Shown here: one piece after another, positions 1-14,155 of the stretch | How the letters are laid out: each line of letters opens with the position of its first letter | How positions within the stretch are numbered: the first letter of the stretch is position 1 | Origin: Octopus sinensis | Taxonomy: Eukaryota | Assembly: GCF_006345805.1 (NCBI RefSeq) | Contig: NC_043005.1 | Coordinates: 61,194,001 to 61,258,000 of the forward strand | Reading direction: 5' to 3' | Length of the DNA: 64,000 nucleotides | Translations under genes and position numbers: made by a program | The notes under the pieces: model-generated | The model's input: the letters and a program-made list of their open reading frames with translations, nothing else | Database searches by the model: none | Told to the model about the DNA's origin: nothing

Positions 1-1037
1 CCTGGCTTGCCAAAGGATAAATTGTGGATTCGTTGCCAACTAGAGCTTCTGCCTCACAGGCCCATTGAACAGCTTTCATTCGGCCTGATGGCTATGGCGA
101 ACATTTTTGCAGGCATCTGATGATTGACACTTTACGCTTCGGCCAAACCCTCACCGAATTTTTCAAGTTACTCTTGAAGAAGCTCGTAATAGTAACAGAC
201 CTGTTTCTATTTAGTAAAAGTGTTATTTTATACTTTCATTATTTATTTAGCTTTGAAATAACAGAAGCTATTATTTATCCATCCATCTAACAGTTCTTTC
301 GTAATTTAGCCACTCTTTCATAAGAGTAGCAACCCTAAGTGAAAAACACAAAGCTGTTTTATTAGTTTCCTGATATTCTTTAGAAGTTATGCTTCTAAAC
401 GTGAAGTGGATATATTTTATCAATGTGCTCTACTAACAAAAAACCTCCACGTTCCTATTTTCGTGTTAAATTAAATCTTTTGTATCGAATTTCTGGGTGT
501 CTTTTCTTAAACTAGCGAATACGCAAATATTTTCCAATTTATTCTTGTTAATTCAATTTGAAGTTGAAGATATTATGAACTTGAATAACAAGATTATTGA
601 TATATATATATCGACTTTATATGTTGCGTTTATTTAATTTGAACTGTGAATCTAATACTATTAAAATAGTCCGTACTCATGTATATATTTTTTATCTTGT
701 TCTTCGTCTAATGCATTAGCTCTTACGATTTAAAGCTATATGTTGATGTGTTAGTAAGTAAATTGATTGGAGAAATAGAACAATATGCTCGATTATTGAG
801 TTGTCTGCTTACTCTTAAAAATGATAAAATATTTTTCTCCAGTATGTCTAACGTGGGCTTTAGGATATCCATAACACTCATAGAAATTGTTTCATTTTTA
901 ATTCTATTATATCACCTTCCCACCAAACCTCAGTACATCTATTTCCCCATCAACCAGTAACGCTCGTGCAACTACACCAACATACGTCTCTCACGCACGC
1001 ACATATAAGTTCTAAAGTCATGAATATATATATATAT

Positions 1038-1429
1038 ACTAGCAGTATATATATATATATACTCGTTGCTCGGGTTTGTAAGGGAAATAACTATAAAGCA
1101 TTTTTAGAGTTATAGCCAAAAAATAGAAAAAAATGGAAAAGAAATTATGGTAAATTTTCTTTTGAGAGTTAAAAAGGTCGAGTTGCGTCCCCTAGACAGT
1201 CTGTGGTTTGTGTTTCTGATTCTCGACCCCATGTCGAATTTATCGATTTTTTTCAGAACTGGAGGAACGTTTCAAAATTTTCGCTGCGTTAGTTTTGAAT
1301 TATGACATTGGGTTATGTGTGTGTCAAGTTTCATCAGAATCGGTTGAAAGCCGTGGTCAGGGTGAGGGTACAACCTAACAGACACACAGACACACAGACA
1401 GACAAACTGCCGTTTATATATAGAGAGAT
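1038..1429 (+). mobile_element. Non-autonomous Helitron/Helentron-like (DINE-1/HINE-type) element
   Basis: Starts ACTAGCAG..CGTTGCTCGGG inside a TA tract and ends with the typical 3' module AAGTTTCATCAGAATCGGTTGAAAGCCG, a short (CAGA/CACA) microsatellite and ..AAACTGCCGTTTATATATAGAGAGAT. This architecture is recalled from Lep1/DINE-1-like elements; no coding capacity. Confidence 0.55.
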
Positions 1430-1716
1430 ATACATAATACACCAGATAAAAACAGACGAGCGCACAGGTACGTTTATACTCAACTACGAGAATGTACATA
1501 TTTACGCACATGCACACAAACACACAAACCCATAATAGCATCCCAAACACACTTGTACACGCACGAGTGTACAGCTGGCACTCACACGTATTCGCCCACA
1601 ATTCATATATACACGCATACACACGTTCATAGAATCAATAACAAACCTACATCCACGCACTCCTATATCTGGTATGGACACATACACAAACACACAGCCC
1701 CACTCCCACTCTCTCG

Positions 1717-1749
<33 letters not shown>

Positions 1750-1772
1750 TATCTATCTATCTATCTATCTCT

Positions 1773-2029
1773 CCACCATGCTTATGTTGGCTTTCAGTTC
1801 CCTTCAAACGCCCACCACATGCTAAGATGTCACAAGGCTCTTTGACCTGCCTGGCGGACCAAGAAAGTCTTTCTAATCTATCCGGTGTCGCTGAAATACC
1901 GAGCTCACTCGCATCAACATGTGAGCCACCTTGACCAATAGTAACCCGTCTTCCTGTAGATATATTAGGATTCCAGTAGCTACCTTGAACTTTCTGCGCT
2001 CCTAATTCGGAAGTCTGAGCTTGCACGAG
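1773..2029 (-). CDS. Candidate coding exon of unknown gene (LVQAQTSELGAQKVQGSYWNPNISTGRRVTIGQGGSHVDASELGISATPDRLERLSWSARQ...)
   Basis: Unique stretch of about 50% GC with a single open frame, AG acceptor at 2031-2030 and possible CAG|GTCAAA donor after 1847 (183 nt, phase 0-0). No recognised homology. Confidence 0.3.
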
Positions 2030-2094
2030 CTATATTTTCCAAAGAAATTCACGATACTTCGTGTCGCATGGATCCGAATTAAATTATTTGAAAT

Positions 2095-2096
<2 letters not shown>

Positions 2097-2153
<57 letters not shown>

Positions 2154-2342
2154 TTTATTTGTTTCATTAATTAGACTGCGCTCACGCTGGGGCACTGCCT
2201 CGAGGAATTGTAAGTCGAATGAAACTAACGCCAGTTATTTTTCTAAACCTGGTACTTACTTTATTGATGTCTTTTGCCGGGGACATAAATACACCAACAC
2301 TGGTTGTCAAGCTGTAGTGGGAGACACACACACGCATACACT

Positions 2343-2414
<72 letters not shown>
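2097..2414. repeat. (TA)n tracts flanking a short SINE family B fragment
   Basis: Pure TA runs at 2097-2150 and 2346-2414; the sequence between resembles the family B 3' region. Confidence 0.85.
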
Positions 2415-2418
<4 letters not shown>

Positions 2419-2742
2419 GGTAAAGACCCCCTTCGGTCATGAATGACCATGGGATTGCACCTAGAAAGTTACCCTCCTAGACACAAGTCCGGGCAAGGTT
2501 GTTTATGGAAGACCAGCAGTCGCCCATGCATACCAGCCTCCCCTCTCCACGCCACCAATGTTATCCAAGGGAAAGACAAAGGTTGATACAGCTTGGCACC
2601 TGTGACGTTGCAACTCATTTCTATAGCTGAGTGAACTGGAGCAACGTGAAATAAGGTGCTTTGCTCAAGAACACAACACGCAGCCCGGTCTGGGATTCGA
2701 GCTCACAACCTCACGATCGTAAGCTCGACGCTCTAACCACTG
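2415..2742 (-). mobile_element. tRNA-headed SINE, family C
   Basis: Minus-strand B-box-like GAGCTCGAATCCC near 2700; core GGAGCAACGTGAAAT..TGCTCAAGAACACAAC shared with 4609-4856 and 49060-49210. Confidence 0.8.
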
Positions 2743-2791
2743 ATAAAATATACATAAATATGTATATATACACATATACATATATATATAT

Positions 2792-2876
<85 letters not shown>

Positions 2877-4608
2877 CATATACATATGTGTGTGTGTGTT
2901 AGTCGGTATCTTCCATTCGAATTTTATCTAAACTTTCATAAATATAGTTTGATTTTTATTGGCTACATGTAATAGATTTTAACAGACTTATTGAAGAAAA
3001 ATAATTTCTTCAATATTGCACAAAACCGATTCTGCTGAAGCACATACACACACACATACATACGCACACACATACACACATACACACGCACACACATACA
3101 CACACAAATACATATATGCAGCCATACATACATGTATATTTTAAATACAGTGCTTCTTCTATTCTCCCACATTCAGAGGGAGGCAGTAATAAATATTTTT
3201 AAAAAATGGAACAACACGAATTATTAGAAATTCACTTTTGTTCAATAATAGCGACATTATATTCGAAAAAAAAAAGGCAATAGATTTCAAAACATGATTT
3301 TACTAATGAAATTATCGTTTGTTTACGGTGACAATATGGAAAATATTTCCAAATGACTTGTTACAGAAAATGCTTCAATACAATAACATGTCTGCCTTCT
3401 GCAATTTAAAATAACCTCTCGTTTTAGACACAAATTTGGTGCATGGAATAAAAAATAACATATCGATTTCTGTCTCGCTTTTGTCCTCAAAATATATATG
3501 CATACATATGTATCATACGCACACACACATATTTGCTACACCAGTAACTGAGAAGCTGCTATTATTCTATACTGGAATACGGGGCTGGACACCGGCCACT
3601 GAAGAAGATCTCGCCACTGAAATCACCTAATGACACAGTTTCAGCATCATACCACTCGATTCTAGTCTGCTACGTTATATTTGTGTGCATGCTGTACTCT
3701 TGTGGGCGCTCTAATAATACATCTATTTTCAGTAGGATATAAAGACTGCATTTTGGTATTTATACTGCTTCTCCAGGACTCAGTCCAAAAATGTGCCCAC
3801 CTTCCAAGAAAAAAATTCAAATATTTCCCTAGAAAAGGATTTAATTTAAATAGATCAAAAATTGGAGATCGGAGGTGCTAGAAATTATACAGTAAATACA
3901 AGTGCAATATCTTGTTTGCCTATATCCCAGTAATAATTCTTCACTAAATAATTAGTATTCTTTGTAAGTAAAACTTTACATATTTAATAATTCATTCTGT
4001 ATCTAGGAGGATGTTATCTACATGTAAATTTTAGGTTGACATGTATAGCTAAAGATTTGGATTTCACATGAGGTGGAAGTATTCAAAGATATTTCGTACA
4101 ATACCTTGAACTTGCATATTTATAGAACATATCTATAAAATATAAGCTATAACAAACGTATCCCTATCTGTTCCTTGTGTGCGTGCGTGCGTGTGTGCAT
4201 GAGTATGTGTATGTATGTGTATGTATGAATGTGTGTATGTATGTATGTTTGTATGTATGTCTGCATTGTATGTACGTAAGATCGTTCACAAAGTTCGTTT
4301 CGACCTCAAGTCATTATCAAGCGGTATACGATTTAAAAAAAAATTCGACATGCAACATATATATATAGTAAGTACTAAGTAATACTCGTCAGTAAATGAT
4401 ACTCAGTAAATAAAACAAATACAAGTAAAGAAAATAGTTCCGTCTAGCGGGGTTCCGGTAAGATTTACTTTGCAAACAGGCTACTTCTTTCTCTTTTAAT
4501 CCTTCCTATTTTATGTATTCTATTGGTGGCATTTATCAAACCATTTTCGTCTTACGCATTAGCAGATTGATGGTGGTTGTAGAAAATTGCTACCAGTGTA
4601 GCTAGTAT

Positions 4609-4856
4609 ATGTAAAGTAAAGCTCTTTCCCGGATCATATAGACACATAAGGCCAGTTTCCCAGTTTCCATGGCGTATATATTGTCCACATGCACGGGACA
4701 CCGGTCCGTCGTATGATTACTCATTTCTGCAAGTTCAGTGGGCTGGAGCAACGTGAAATGAAGTGTTTGCTCAAGAACACAACGCATCCCCTCGTTCAGG
4801 AATCGAAACCACAATCCTGCGATGATGAGTACAAACACACTAACCACTAAGTCACA
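4609..4856 (-). mobile_element. tRNA-headed SINE, family C-related
   Basis: Shares GGAGCAACGTGAAATGAAGTG.TTGCTCAAGAACACAACGC core and head with 2415-2742; different 3' part. Confidence 0.7.
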
Positions 4857-4937
4857 TACATCCAGTGTACGTGATGCTAGTCTCATTCAGTTAAGGATAA
4901 TATTATGATAAATGTTGACATGATTAGAAATCCACTG

Positions 4938-5167
4938 GCGGCGAGCTGGCAGAAACGTTAGCACGCCGGGCGAAATGCTTAGCGGTATTTCGTCTGTCTC
5001 TACGTTCTGAGTTCAAATTCCGCCGAGATCGACTTCGCCTTTCATCCTTTCGCGGTCGATTAAATAAGTACCAGTTACGCACTGGGGTCGATATAATCGA
5101 CTTAATCCCTTTGTCTGTCCTTGGTTGTCCCCTCTGTGTGTAGCCCCTTGTGGGCAGTAAAGAAACA
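4938..5167 (+). mobile_element. tRNA-headed SINE, family A, full length with TSD
   Basis: A-box-like TGGCAGAAACGTTAG, B-box GAGTTCAAATTCC; 12-bp TSD AGAAATCCACTG at 4926-4937 and 5168-5179. Confidence 0.9.
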
Positions 5168-5299
5168 AGAAATCCACTGAAAACAATGCTCTTACCGGTA
5201 TTCATGACTTTAATTGGATTTGTGTTAGCGGTGATAATAATGGCTTCCATATAATATATACTAATGAAGGCTGTGAACAGAAAGATTAGTTATCTCACA

Positions 5300-5430
5300 G
5301 GACAAAATGCTTAGCAGTTCCGGCTCTTTACTTTCTAAGTCCATATTCCGCAGAGATTGACTTTGCCTTTCGTATTTTTAGGGTCATTAAAATAAGTATC
5401 AGTCGAACACTGGGGTTCATACCATCGAAT
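5300..5430 (+). mobile_element. SINE family A fragment
   Basis: AAAATGCTTAGC..GACTTTGCCTTTC..AAATAAGTA..CTGGGGTT matches 4938-5167, diverged. Confidence 0.7.
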
Positions 5431-6396
5431 AGATCCTCTGCTAACGATCAGATCGTTCCCATAGTAGAAAGAATCATTAATAATAATAAATATTAATAAA
5501 TTATCAATAATGAGACAAGCATTAGCAACAGTATCTATACTAATACTAACATTAGTACTAGCAATATCAGTGGTAATGATAATTGAATTAGAATTAAATA
5601 TATTTGTAAATAACAAATATAAATAACTATTAATACGGGTGAAACGATCGTTCTGGTAAATTTTAAATAAAAACAATACAAAATATTACATTCCCTCCTT
5701 GTATTGAGTACTCTATTTGAACCAATTTCTAATTAGGTAACATTATGTGCATAGGTGTTTGTGTGCGTTTCTGAATGATTTTGTTTGTGTGACCCTGTGC
5801 TTACGTCTGCATATGAAAGTAGCCAGCGCAAATTCAGTTCATCTAAGCGACGGGTTTCATGACTGGCATTGCACAAAACTCATTAAATTATCAGCGAAAG
5901 AAATTAGTGTTTATGTAATTTAAACAACTGTGAAGTAGCGATATCAAATACACCACACAATAATGATATTTGGTAGAAATCACTTTCAGGGGTGTCTAAA
6001 GACGTCAGTGACATGTCGTCGTGTGAGTGGCAGTTGGAATATAGACAGTTAATTGTTTAGCCACGCTATATAGAGATATTATTAATACCACGAGCTCGAG
6101 CGATCGGTATAGCAATCATCTCGGAATGGACGTAGTAGAAAAGATATAACTTTATAGATCAACTTGAAACAGTTAGTCGTAGAAAGGTAAAGAGGAAATA
6201 TATAATGAGAAAAAGAACACATATATGTATGTATGCATGTATGTATTATGTATGTATAAATGTATACTTATATATGTATATGTAAATATAAATACATATA
6301 TATGTGTGTGCATAAATATATGTATATATGTGTATATATAAATATATGTATATGTGTACATATATATTGCATATACACACACACACACACACACAC

Positions 6397-6430
<34 letters not shown>

Positions 6431-7540
6431 ATATACGCGCCCATAAACAAATAGATATGTAGGTACATACAAATATACATCATATATACTCATAAATATA
6501 ATTTTTTCTTCTTAGTATGGAATACAATTGATATGATAGATATAGAGCCATTAAGTAAACATAGCTCGTATATGAATACAACATAACACAACTTCATAAA
6601 TAAGGATAACCAGATTACAGTTAATAATGAAATTATATACTTAGCTGTATAAAATATATTCTAAATTGTTCCGCCATTTAGATAGAATATATTTCATTTT
6701 GTTTCTTTCATTCTTTCTTCTTTTTTTCATTCAAAACAAGTAGCGTTTTAGAAAAGAAATTCAAATGGTTTAATATGGCTGGAAAACTAGACGTAAACAT
6801 CACGAATGTAACATTAAGTCATATTTTCCTTCGATGTTTCCAATAGTTTGAACAAAAACTGCCTGAAAAGTCATTCAATAACCCTTTCTTTACAAAGCAG
6901 TCGGCAGTGTTAAATATTCTGTACCAGGAGAAACATAACGAATATCCGCATCGATAGCCATTATGTGTGATCTTTACTTCATTTAAATATTTGACTTTTT
7001 CTATTGTACGAGCAATAAATACGAAAACCGAAAACTTTACATTCATATATCATCTGTATATATAGTTGTGCAAATACTATGACTGAAGTGTCTTTTGTAT
7101 ACACACACACATTAAAGTTCTCCTTCCTTGTCATATGTCTAGAGTATTAGCGTATTAGTGTATTGATACTTGCGTTTCAATTGTAATAATATATTCATTC
7201 GGAGATCTTTGCTATCTGTTTTTAAGTTAGCGAGAAACCTAGAGATAAAACTGATAAAAAAAGGGAGAAGAGGAAAAATGAAACAGACAGACAGAAGAAC
7301 TTACGCTGCTCGGGAACAGCCATCAAACGCATCGAAGAAAATACGTTGCAATAAGAATTAACTATTACAGAAACTTTTTCATCTCCAGCCAACTATTCAT
7401 TGTCACTCCTTATCTCACTCTTTCTTCTTCTGTCTCTTTGATTCTTTCACTCTCAGGTTATATGTAGTATTGCTTTACTCACTGGCTGCCAACAAACCTA
7501 GTATGTCCGCTCATCTTACACCTATTGTATTAACACGTTA

Positions 7541-7775
7541 CCTATTTCTTTATTACCCACAAGGGGCTAAACACAGAAGGGACAAACAAGGACAGACAAA
7601 CGGATTAAGTCGATTAGATCGACCCCAGTGCGTAACTGATACTTATTTAATCGACCCGAAAGGATGAAAGGCAAAGTCGACCTCGGCGGAATTTGAACTC
7701 AGAACGTAACGGCGGACGAAATACTGCGAAGCAGTTCGCTCGGCGGCTTACGTTTCTGCTAAGCTCACCGCCGAG
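7541..7775 (-). mobile_element. SINE family A, full length with TSD
   Basis: Reverse complement of the 4938-5167 sequence; 9-bp direct repeat ACGTTACCT at 7535-7543 and 7776-7784. Confidence 0.9.
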
Positions 7776-8060
7776 ACGTTACCTGTCTCTATTGTACATT
7801 CCGCCAGCCTTACTCTCTCTTGTTCCCACTGGAGAATGAAACCAACCAACCAACCAGCTAAAATTTATATCGGTTATTATCAAATATATATATTATATAT
7901 ATACATATTATACACACCTATATTATGATATTATTATATAGTTGTCATTAAAAGTTTGAGGCGTATTGTTTTCAGTTTGAATCCTGTGTTTGTGACAAAG
8001 AAAGTCATAAGAAATAGATAAAACTTTATATTTTATAACACACACACACACACACAAACA

Positions 8061-8097
<37 letters not shown>

Positions 8098-8099
<2 letters not shown>

Positions 8100-8382
8100 G
8101 CACAAGTGTGGCTGTGTAGCAAGACATTTGCTCCCCAACTATGCAGTACCGGGTTCAGTTCCTCTAAGTAGTAGCACCATGGGCAAGTGACTTCTATTAT
8201 AGCATCGGATTTTGAACAGTCTCGAGTGTAACAGGCCGAAACTGTAGTGATAATTGGAAGCTTGACTGATGAATAGAAAGCCACGAATGTTCTGTCTTGG
8301 TTTTGCTGTCCGTCCTTGTATCGTCCATCTGTCCGTATGTTTTCATTGTCGTCCGTTACGTTCTTGTTCCGTTTTATGGGTT

Positions 8383-8419
<37 letters not shown>

Positions 8420-8635
8420 CTTAGTGTCTGTGTTTGTCCCCTAGCACCGATTGAAAACCGCTGTTGGTGTGTTTATGTTCATGTAACTTAGCTGTTCAGC
8501 AAAAAGATTCCGATAGAGTAACTAGCCATCCTTAGAAGAAAGAAATAAGTACTGGAGTCAATTACTTCGACTGAAATGCCTCAATGTGGTAACCCAGCAC
8601 GGCCGCAGTCTAATGACTGGAAGAAGTAGAAGATA
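8098..8635 (+). mobile_element. SINE family B, diverged
   Basis: GTGGCTGTG..CCGGGTTCAGT..GGGCAAGTG.CTTCTA.TATAGC head, internal (TA)(TG) tract, and ..CAGCA.GGCCGCAGTC.AATGACTG tail as in 54044-54432. Confidence 0.75.
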
Positions 8636-9285
8636 AGGAACACACACGCGCACGCACACACTCACGCACACACACAAACACACACACACATATATACACA
8701 CACACACACATACACACACATATATATAAAGCTAACTCTATGTTATTTGATGTCAAGCTTTCACGAAAAAGCTACCATTTTAACACGACACTCATGACTA
8801 CCCCAAGGAGAACGGGTTTACCATAAAAAAAGTACTAAATGTCAATCTAATATGAGGGAATTCGTCATACTTAATAAGCTGTTACCTGTTCAAGATGCTT
8901 TTTTATAGATTAGCATACATTCAGTTTTTACAAAAACCAAAATAATGACTGATTCTTACTGCTTGTTAACTGTAATGTAAATGGAAGATCCTTCGCTGAT
9001 AATTGGTATGATGTAATTTGTAAGCATATTGCACAGAATTTCTTGTCCTTTTTGTAACCGAATTTTGTCTTCTGTAAAACACTGTTCCAGCAACCATAAA
9101 TCAACGACGTTAATCATTGAATAGTTCACTTAATTTCATGAATGGCAATAGGGAAATGAAATTAAATATCTATTTCAAGATGTTAAATACAAAGACTACT
9201 CTCACAGTTATTACTCTCGCTAATGTGATCGTCCGAATCAATATTTGTATGTGTGTATGTGTGTGTGTTTCTGCATGTGTATATG

Positions 9286-9316
<31 letters not shown>

Positions 9317-9331
9317 ATATATATATATAAT

Positions 9332-9378
<47 letters not shown>

Positions 9379-9651
9379 ATAATAATAAAGGCTAAAATTA
9401 TTTAATCAATGAATAATTAATAATGTTCCCAATTTGCTCTCAATTTTAAAATTCAAATACTATACTGAGGACGGGAGTAAGTGAGCAGAAATAAAATTTA
9501 CATCTTTTTACATCTCTTAAACCGAGAAACTCGTGAACAACTGTCAAACTAAAATAGTGAACCCTGGGGTAAATCATATATATATATATATTATTCATTG
9601 TCTGTCCTTGTTTGTCTCATCTGTGTTTAGCCCCTTGTGGGTAGTAAAGAA

Positions 9652-9737
<86 letters not shown>

Positions 9738-9809
9738 TGTATGCATGTATATGTACTGTCGTGAACGTTTAACTTAGCTGTATGATTATTGTTATATTTT
9801 AGGTACAGT

Positions 9810-9990
9810 ACAGGGCCAGCGATTTTGAGAAGAAGGATTAGTCGATTAGATTAACCCGACTACTATGTTGTTATTTTATGTCATCAATCTTGGAGGTCCC
9901 TCAAACAAGTTGGCGACGGCGGGATTTGAATTCCGATCGTAAAGAGCTACAACAAACACCGCAAAGCATTTTGTCTCTTGATCTATTCTG
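9810..9990 (-). mobile_element. SINE family A fragment
   Basis: TTAGTCGATTAGAT..GGCGGGATTTGAA..CCGCAAAGCATTTTG matches the family A reverse complement. Confidence 0.65.
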
Positions 9991-10030
9991 AAATTCCACC
10001 TCCCTTATATCAATGATTATTAAATGGAAA

Positions 10031-10400
10031 TAAGGTGGCGAGCTTAGCAGAAACGTTATCACATTGGACGAAATGCTTAGCGGTGTTTCGTCTGCCGCTA
10101 CATTCTGAGTTAAAATTCCGCCGATGTCAACTTTGCCTTTCATCCTTTCGGGGTCGATTAAATAAGTACCAGTCATGTACTGGGGTCGATGTAATCGACT
10201 TAATCTGTTTGTCTGTCTTTGTTTGTCCCCTATATGTTTAGCCCTTTGTGGGTAGTAAAGAAATAGGTATTCATCTGTCTTTACGTTCTGAGTTCAAAAT
10301 CCGGGATCGATAAATTAAGTACCAGTTGCGTACTGGAGTCGATATAATTGAGTGGCCCCCTTCCCAAAACATTTCAGGCCTTGTGCCTAAAGTAGAAAAT
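10031..10400 (+). mobile_element. Dimeric SINE family A insertion
   Basis: Full monomer followed by a head-less second unit joined at ..AAAGAAATAG|GTATT.. (10266/10267); 15-bp TSD ATTATTAAATGGAAA at 10016-10030 and 10401-10415. Confidence 0.85.
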
Positions 10401-11689
10401 ATTATTAAATGGAAAGATACAGACAATAGGAAGGAACGGACACTGAAGTAAGCTTTCTCCTCTTCTATAAAGTTCTGATAGTGAAGAGAGAGCCTGAAGA
10501 CACAACTGAGATAAAGTTAGTCAAATAAGAATACTTCTCTTAAACTCTCTCTTTCTCCCTCTCTCAATTCTTTTTTCTTTATGTATATTTCTTCCTCTGT
10601 CTCTCACTTTGTTTCTCCTCCTTCAGTCTTAATCTTTTACTCTGTCTTTCTTTCGTCCTTCTCACACTACCTCTGTTCTTTTTTTTTATTCTATCTCTGT
10701 CTATTTACTATTCTATGGTTGACAAATTATTGATTATTTGTTCCACACAATTCATTGCATCCTGTCAATGTAGTATGACATAATTACTTCGGTTTAAATA
10801 GAGGACAGATTAAATATTTCTTCAATTACAACTTTGTAATAAAATTTACTAGTAAAATTACGTGAATTTAACAGACATTAATTTTTCGAAGTAGCAGAGG
10901 GTAAAATTCCAATAAAAATGATAAAAGCATGGAGTGAAACTACTCCGTTGGCCCGACAATAACTCTATAATCGAACCAATTTATAGGTAATTTAAAACTA
11001 CTATTGATTTGCTAGTACGGGCAGTTTTAATTACCTCTTCTTCAGTTTTAAACAATTAAGATCTACCGCATTGACTAACCTTTAAATGGTAGAATTTCTA
11101 CGAGCACACACCGAACAAATATATTTAGTTGATGATAAATACTCCATTGTTAACTAAATCTAATTTCCTGTTGTAATTGAAGTTAACAGAAAATAGAAAG
11201 AGATATAATGAAGTAGCACACTGAATTCATGAACTTAGTGTTACTGACGTTGTTGTGCAGTCCCAGATTAGATCCGGTTCAGCAAACCGATAGTAAAAAG
11301 CGTTCCAGACCTAACAAATTTCGCTTTATCCACACATCGTGCATCGGTAGACATATTAACTAATTCATCATCGACCTTTTACAACGTTAGAGTGTGATCT
11401 GGGAGAGATATGGCTGTTATATCTAACAGAACAAGCAACTGCGCAGAGACTGCCTCCTTGGCTTGAATATCGACCTGTTTTGTAAAGTGGTCTACATCAA
11501 TTTATTTCGCTATCCGTTTTTGATGGCTGGAGACAATTGCTTCGTATCCTGGCTAATAAACAGATAAAATTGTTGTAGTACTGTTATCATCCTCAACAGT
11601 ATCAGCATTGTTATCATCAATTTCTGTTCCTTGTGGAGAGGGTACGGACCATGATGGGTGACTAGTAAGAATCGACTTCAAATCAGTGG

Positions 11690-12310
11690 CACTAAACGTT
11701 TCGAGTTCGAATCCAGTCGATGTCAAATTTGCCTTTCCTCGCGTCAGGGCCAATTAAATAATGCATAAATCAAGTATTGCAGTCGTCTGCATCGACTTAC
11801 ATTCTGTCACCTCAATATTACTAGTTATGTGACTAAATTAGAAAGCATTATTAAAAGGGGTGCTGGACTAGCAGAACATTTAGACCTTCGGAAAGCTTCC
11901 TTGCAGTAATTTCTTCCTGATCGTTACAATCTGAAATGAAATCCCGTCAATGTTTTTTTTTTCCTTTCAATTGTTGATAAAACAAAGTATCAGTAGACTT
12001 TTTGGGTCGTGTTAACACTAGCCTTCTTCAGGCAAAAGTTCTGGCTTTGTGCCCAAATCAAAGATTATTTTTACAATGGGCTAGGCGCAGATTAGAATGG
12101 TGAGCTGGCAACATCGAAAAACAATAGCTGTAGAATTTCTTCTGTCTATTTATATTTTTAGATCAAATCCTACCTTGGTCAAATTTAATTTTCATCCTTT
12201 TAGGGTCAATAACATAGTGTACAAATCAAGGACTGGCTTAGTTGGTATCGACTCATCTCCTCCTGCAAAATTCAGGCCTTGTTTCTATGCTAGAAGCAGT
12301 TATTATTTCA
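11690..12310. mobile_element. Cluster of three diverged SINE family A fragments
   Basis: Repeated GAGTT/TCAAAT..TTTGCCTTT(C)..CAGGCCTTG motifs at about 11690-11830, 11860-12080 and 12090-12310. Confidence 0.55.
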
Positions 12311-12539
12311 GAGGCATAGTGGATGTTTCGTGTGGTAATAAATCATACCTTCGAACATTAGTAAACCACAGTGTGCTTACAAAGATATATCCGATTGCAA
12401 GAGCACAAGAGAAGTTAAAGGGATTGCATAATATATAAGTTACACGAATTAAAATGAATTAAACACAAGCTAAATGGAAATAACTAAGAATGACGGATAA
12501 AACACAACAGACGTAAGCCTGCGTTGTTCAGGGTACTCC

Positions 12540-13690
12540 GCATTCCTAACTACATTTGAGCAATGTGTTTTCACCGTGTATTGTTCAGCAGAAGATTCTG
12601 GAGTCTACTGTGAGAAGTGCTTTTATTACACTAGACAATTCAGGAGCTACGTCGTTGCCCACTATGATATTAGGCGTCTTACGAAATTTGAAATATCTTT
12701 CTGTTCTTGTCATGCTGTTCGTAATTTGGTTGGACATTCTTTCTGTACACTGTATAAGAGTTTAATAAACACTTTGTTATTCTTACGATTTGCTACTAAT
12801 CTCAAAACGCTGAGGATGAGATTTCGTTCCATTCTATAGGAGATCTGTTTAACATGACATGAAATGAGTACTTGGTCAGCAGAGAAAGTTTCTTCCTCGC
12901 AGGTGTACCGCACTTCGCGTTTTTTTTATAGCACTTGTTTCGTTGGTCTATGTGTCTGTAGAGTGTTAGTAGATAACATGAGCAACAAGGGCCTGGATTT
13001 GGCTCTGGGCTTCGACGAGAACAATCTTTGTATGGATGTAGAACAGGGTGGAATTACCTGTATGAGACACGTTTTACAGGCGTAGAAGCGCAACAGCAAA
13101 ACCTATCCGAGATGCGTTATGGGAGGACGAAAATTCTCTGCACGCCGTGGATCAATATCTTTGAGTTCAGGAAGCATCTTTTTGTGCCAACTAGATGCAG
13201 TCGAATGTAGAACAAATCCAGATGTCTCCCGAGCCTATAGTGAAATAGTGACGATCGACGCACGACCTTCCTTTTGCAAGAAAGACAGGAAAAAGTTTCT
13301 TTGCTTTGTGGCTGTAGTGAGAAAGGTAGCTTTGTGGATTCATTTGAAAGCGTTGCAGACAGGAATTTTCCGATCTAGTCAAGCTCTCATTATCTTGAGG
13401 AGAAAAGTGAGAGTGGAGAGGGAGACGCTGCCTTTTAGTGTGTTAATCGAATAATGGATAATAGGGTATGACTGTTGAGCCTAAATGGGCCCACTCTGAG
13501 TGTGCTTTTCTGAGTAGGAGGAAGTAAGTTAGAAGCAGGTAGTACGAGGCCATCAAAACGGCAGAATAATTCAAGTAATTTGTGTTATTTGTGTTTGATT
13601 TAGGTAATCACCAGATTTTGTCTGGTGTGTAGTGTTGCATCCTGCTATATTGCCCACAATGTCTCGGACTCTTAGGCAAAATAAAGAAAT
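12540..13690 (+). mobile_element. Decayed L1/Tx1-like LINE 3' end (ORF2 C-terminus with Cys/His zinc-binding region, 3' UTR)
   Basis: Frameshifted translation ELPV*DTFYRRRS..TYPRC..EDENSLHAVDQY..FLCFVAVVRKVALWIHLKALQTGIFRSSQALIILRRKVRVERETL resembles recalled Tx1/L1-type ORF2 C-termini; ends AAAATAAAGAAAT before an (ATC)/(ATT)n tract. Confidence 0.65.
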
Positions 13691-13743
13691 CTTCATCATC
13701 AAAACCATCATCATCATCTTCATCGTCATCGTTGTTGTTATTA

Positions 13744-13798
<55 letters not shown>

Positions 13799-13805
13799 AT
13801 TATTA

Positions 13806-13863
<58 letters not shown>

Positions 13864-13875
13864 CATCATTATGAA
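13691..13875. repeat. (ATC)n/(ATT)n compound microsatellite
   Basis: Directly visible. Confidence 0.95.
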
Positions 13876-13903
13876 TGTCGTTGTTGTTATTTTTATTGTT
13901 TTT

Positions 13904-14103
13904 AAGGCGGTGAGCTGGCAGAATCGTTAGCATGCCGGACAAGAAGTTTAGCGGTAGTTCTTCTCCGCCGGGGTCGACTTTGCCTTCCATCCTTTCAGGG
14001 TAGATTAAATAAGTACCAGTTACGTACTGAAATCTATGTAAATGACTTAATCTCTTACCCCAAATTTGAGACCTTGTACTTCGAATAGGAAGGATTGTTG
14101 TTG

Positions 14104-14152
<49 letters not shown>

Positions 14153-14155
14153 CAT
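13904..14155 (+). mobile_element. SINE family A with internal deletion and (GTT)(ATT)n tail
   Basis: GGCGGTGAGCTGGCAGAATCGTTAGC head, GTCGACTTTGCCTT core, tail ..CCAAATTTGAGACCTTG..GAAGG(ATT)n. Confidence 0.85.

Noticed and set aside
1-300. Possible Tc1/mariner N-terminal remnant on the minus strand
   Set aside because: Only vague GRPKRK-like similarity, truncated by the window edge, no TIR identified.
3595-3635. CTGAAGAAGATC..GAAATC as a hammerhead
   Set aside because: Stem II has at most 2 bp, and no stem I or stem III can form.
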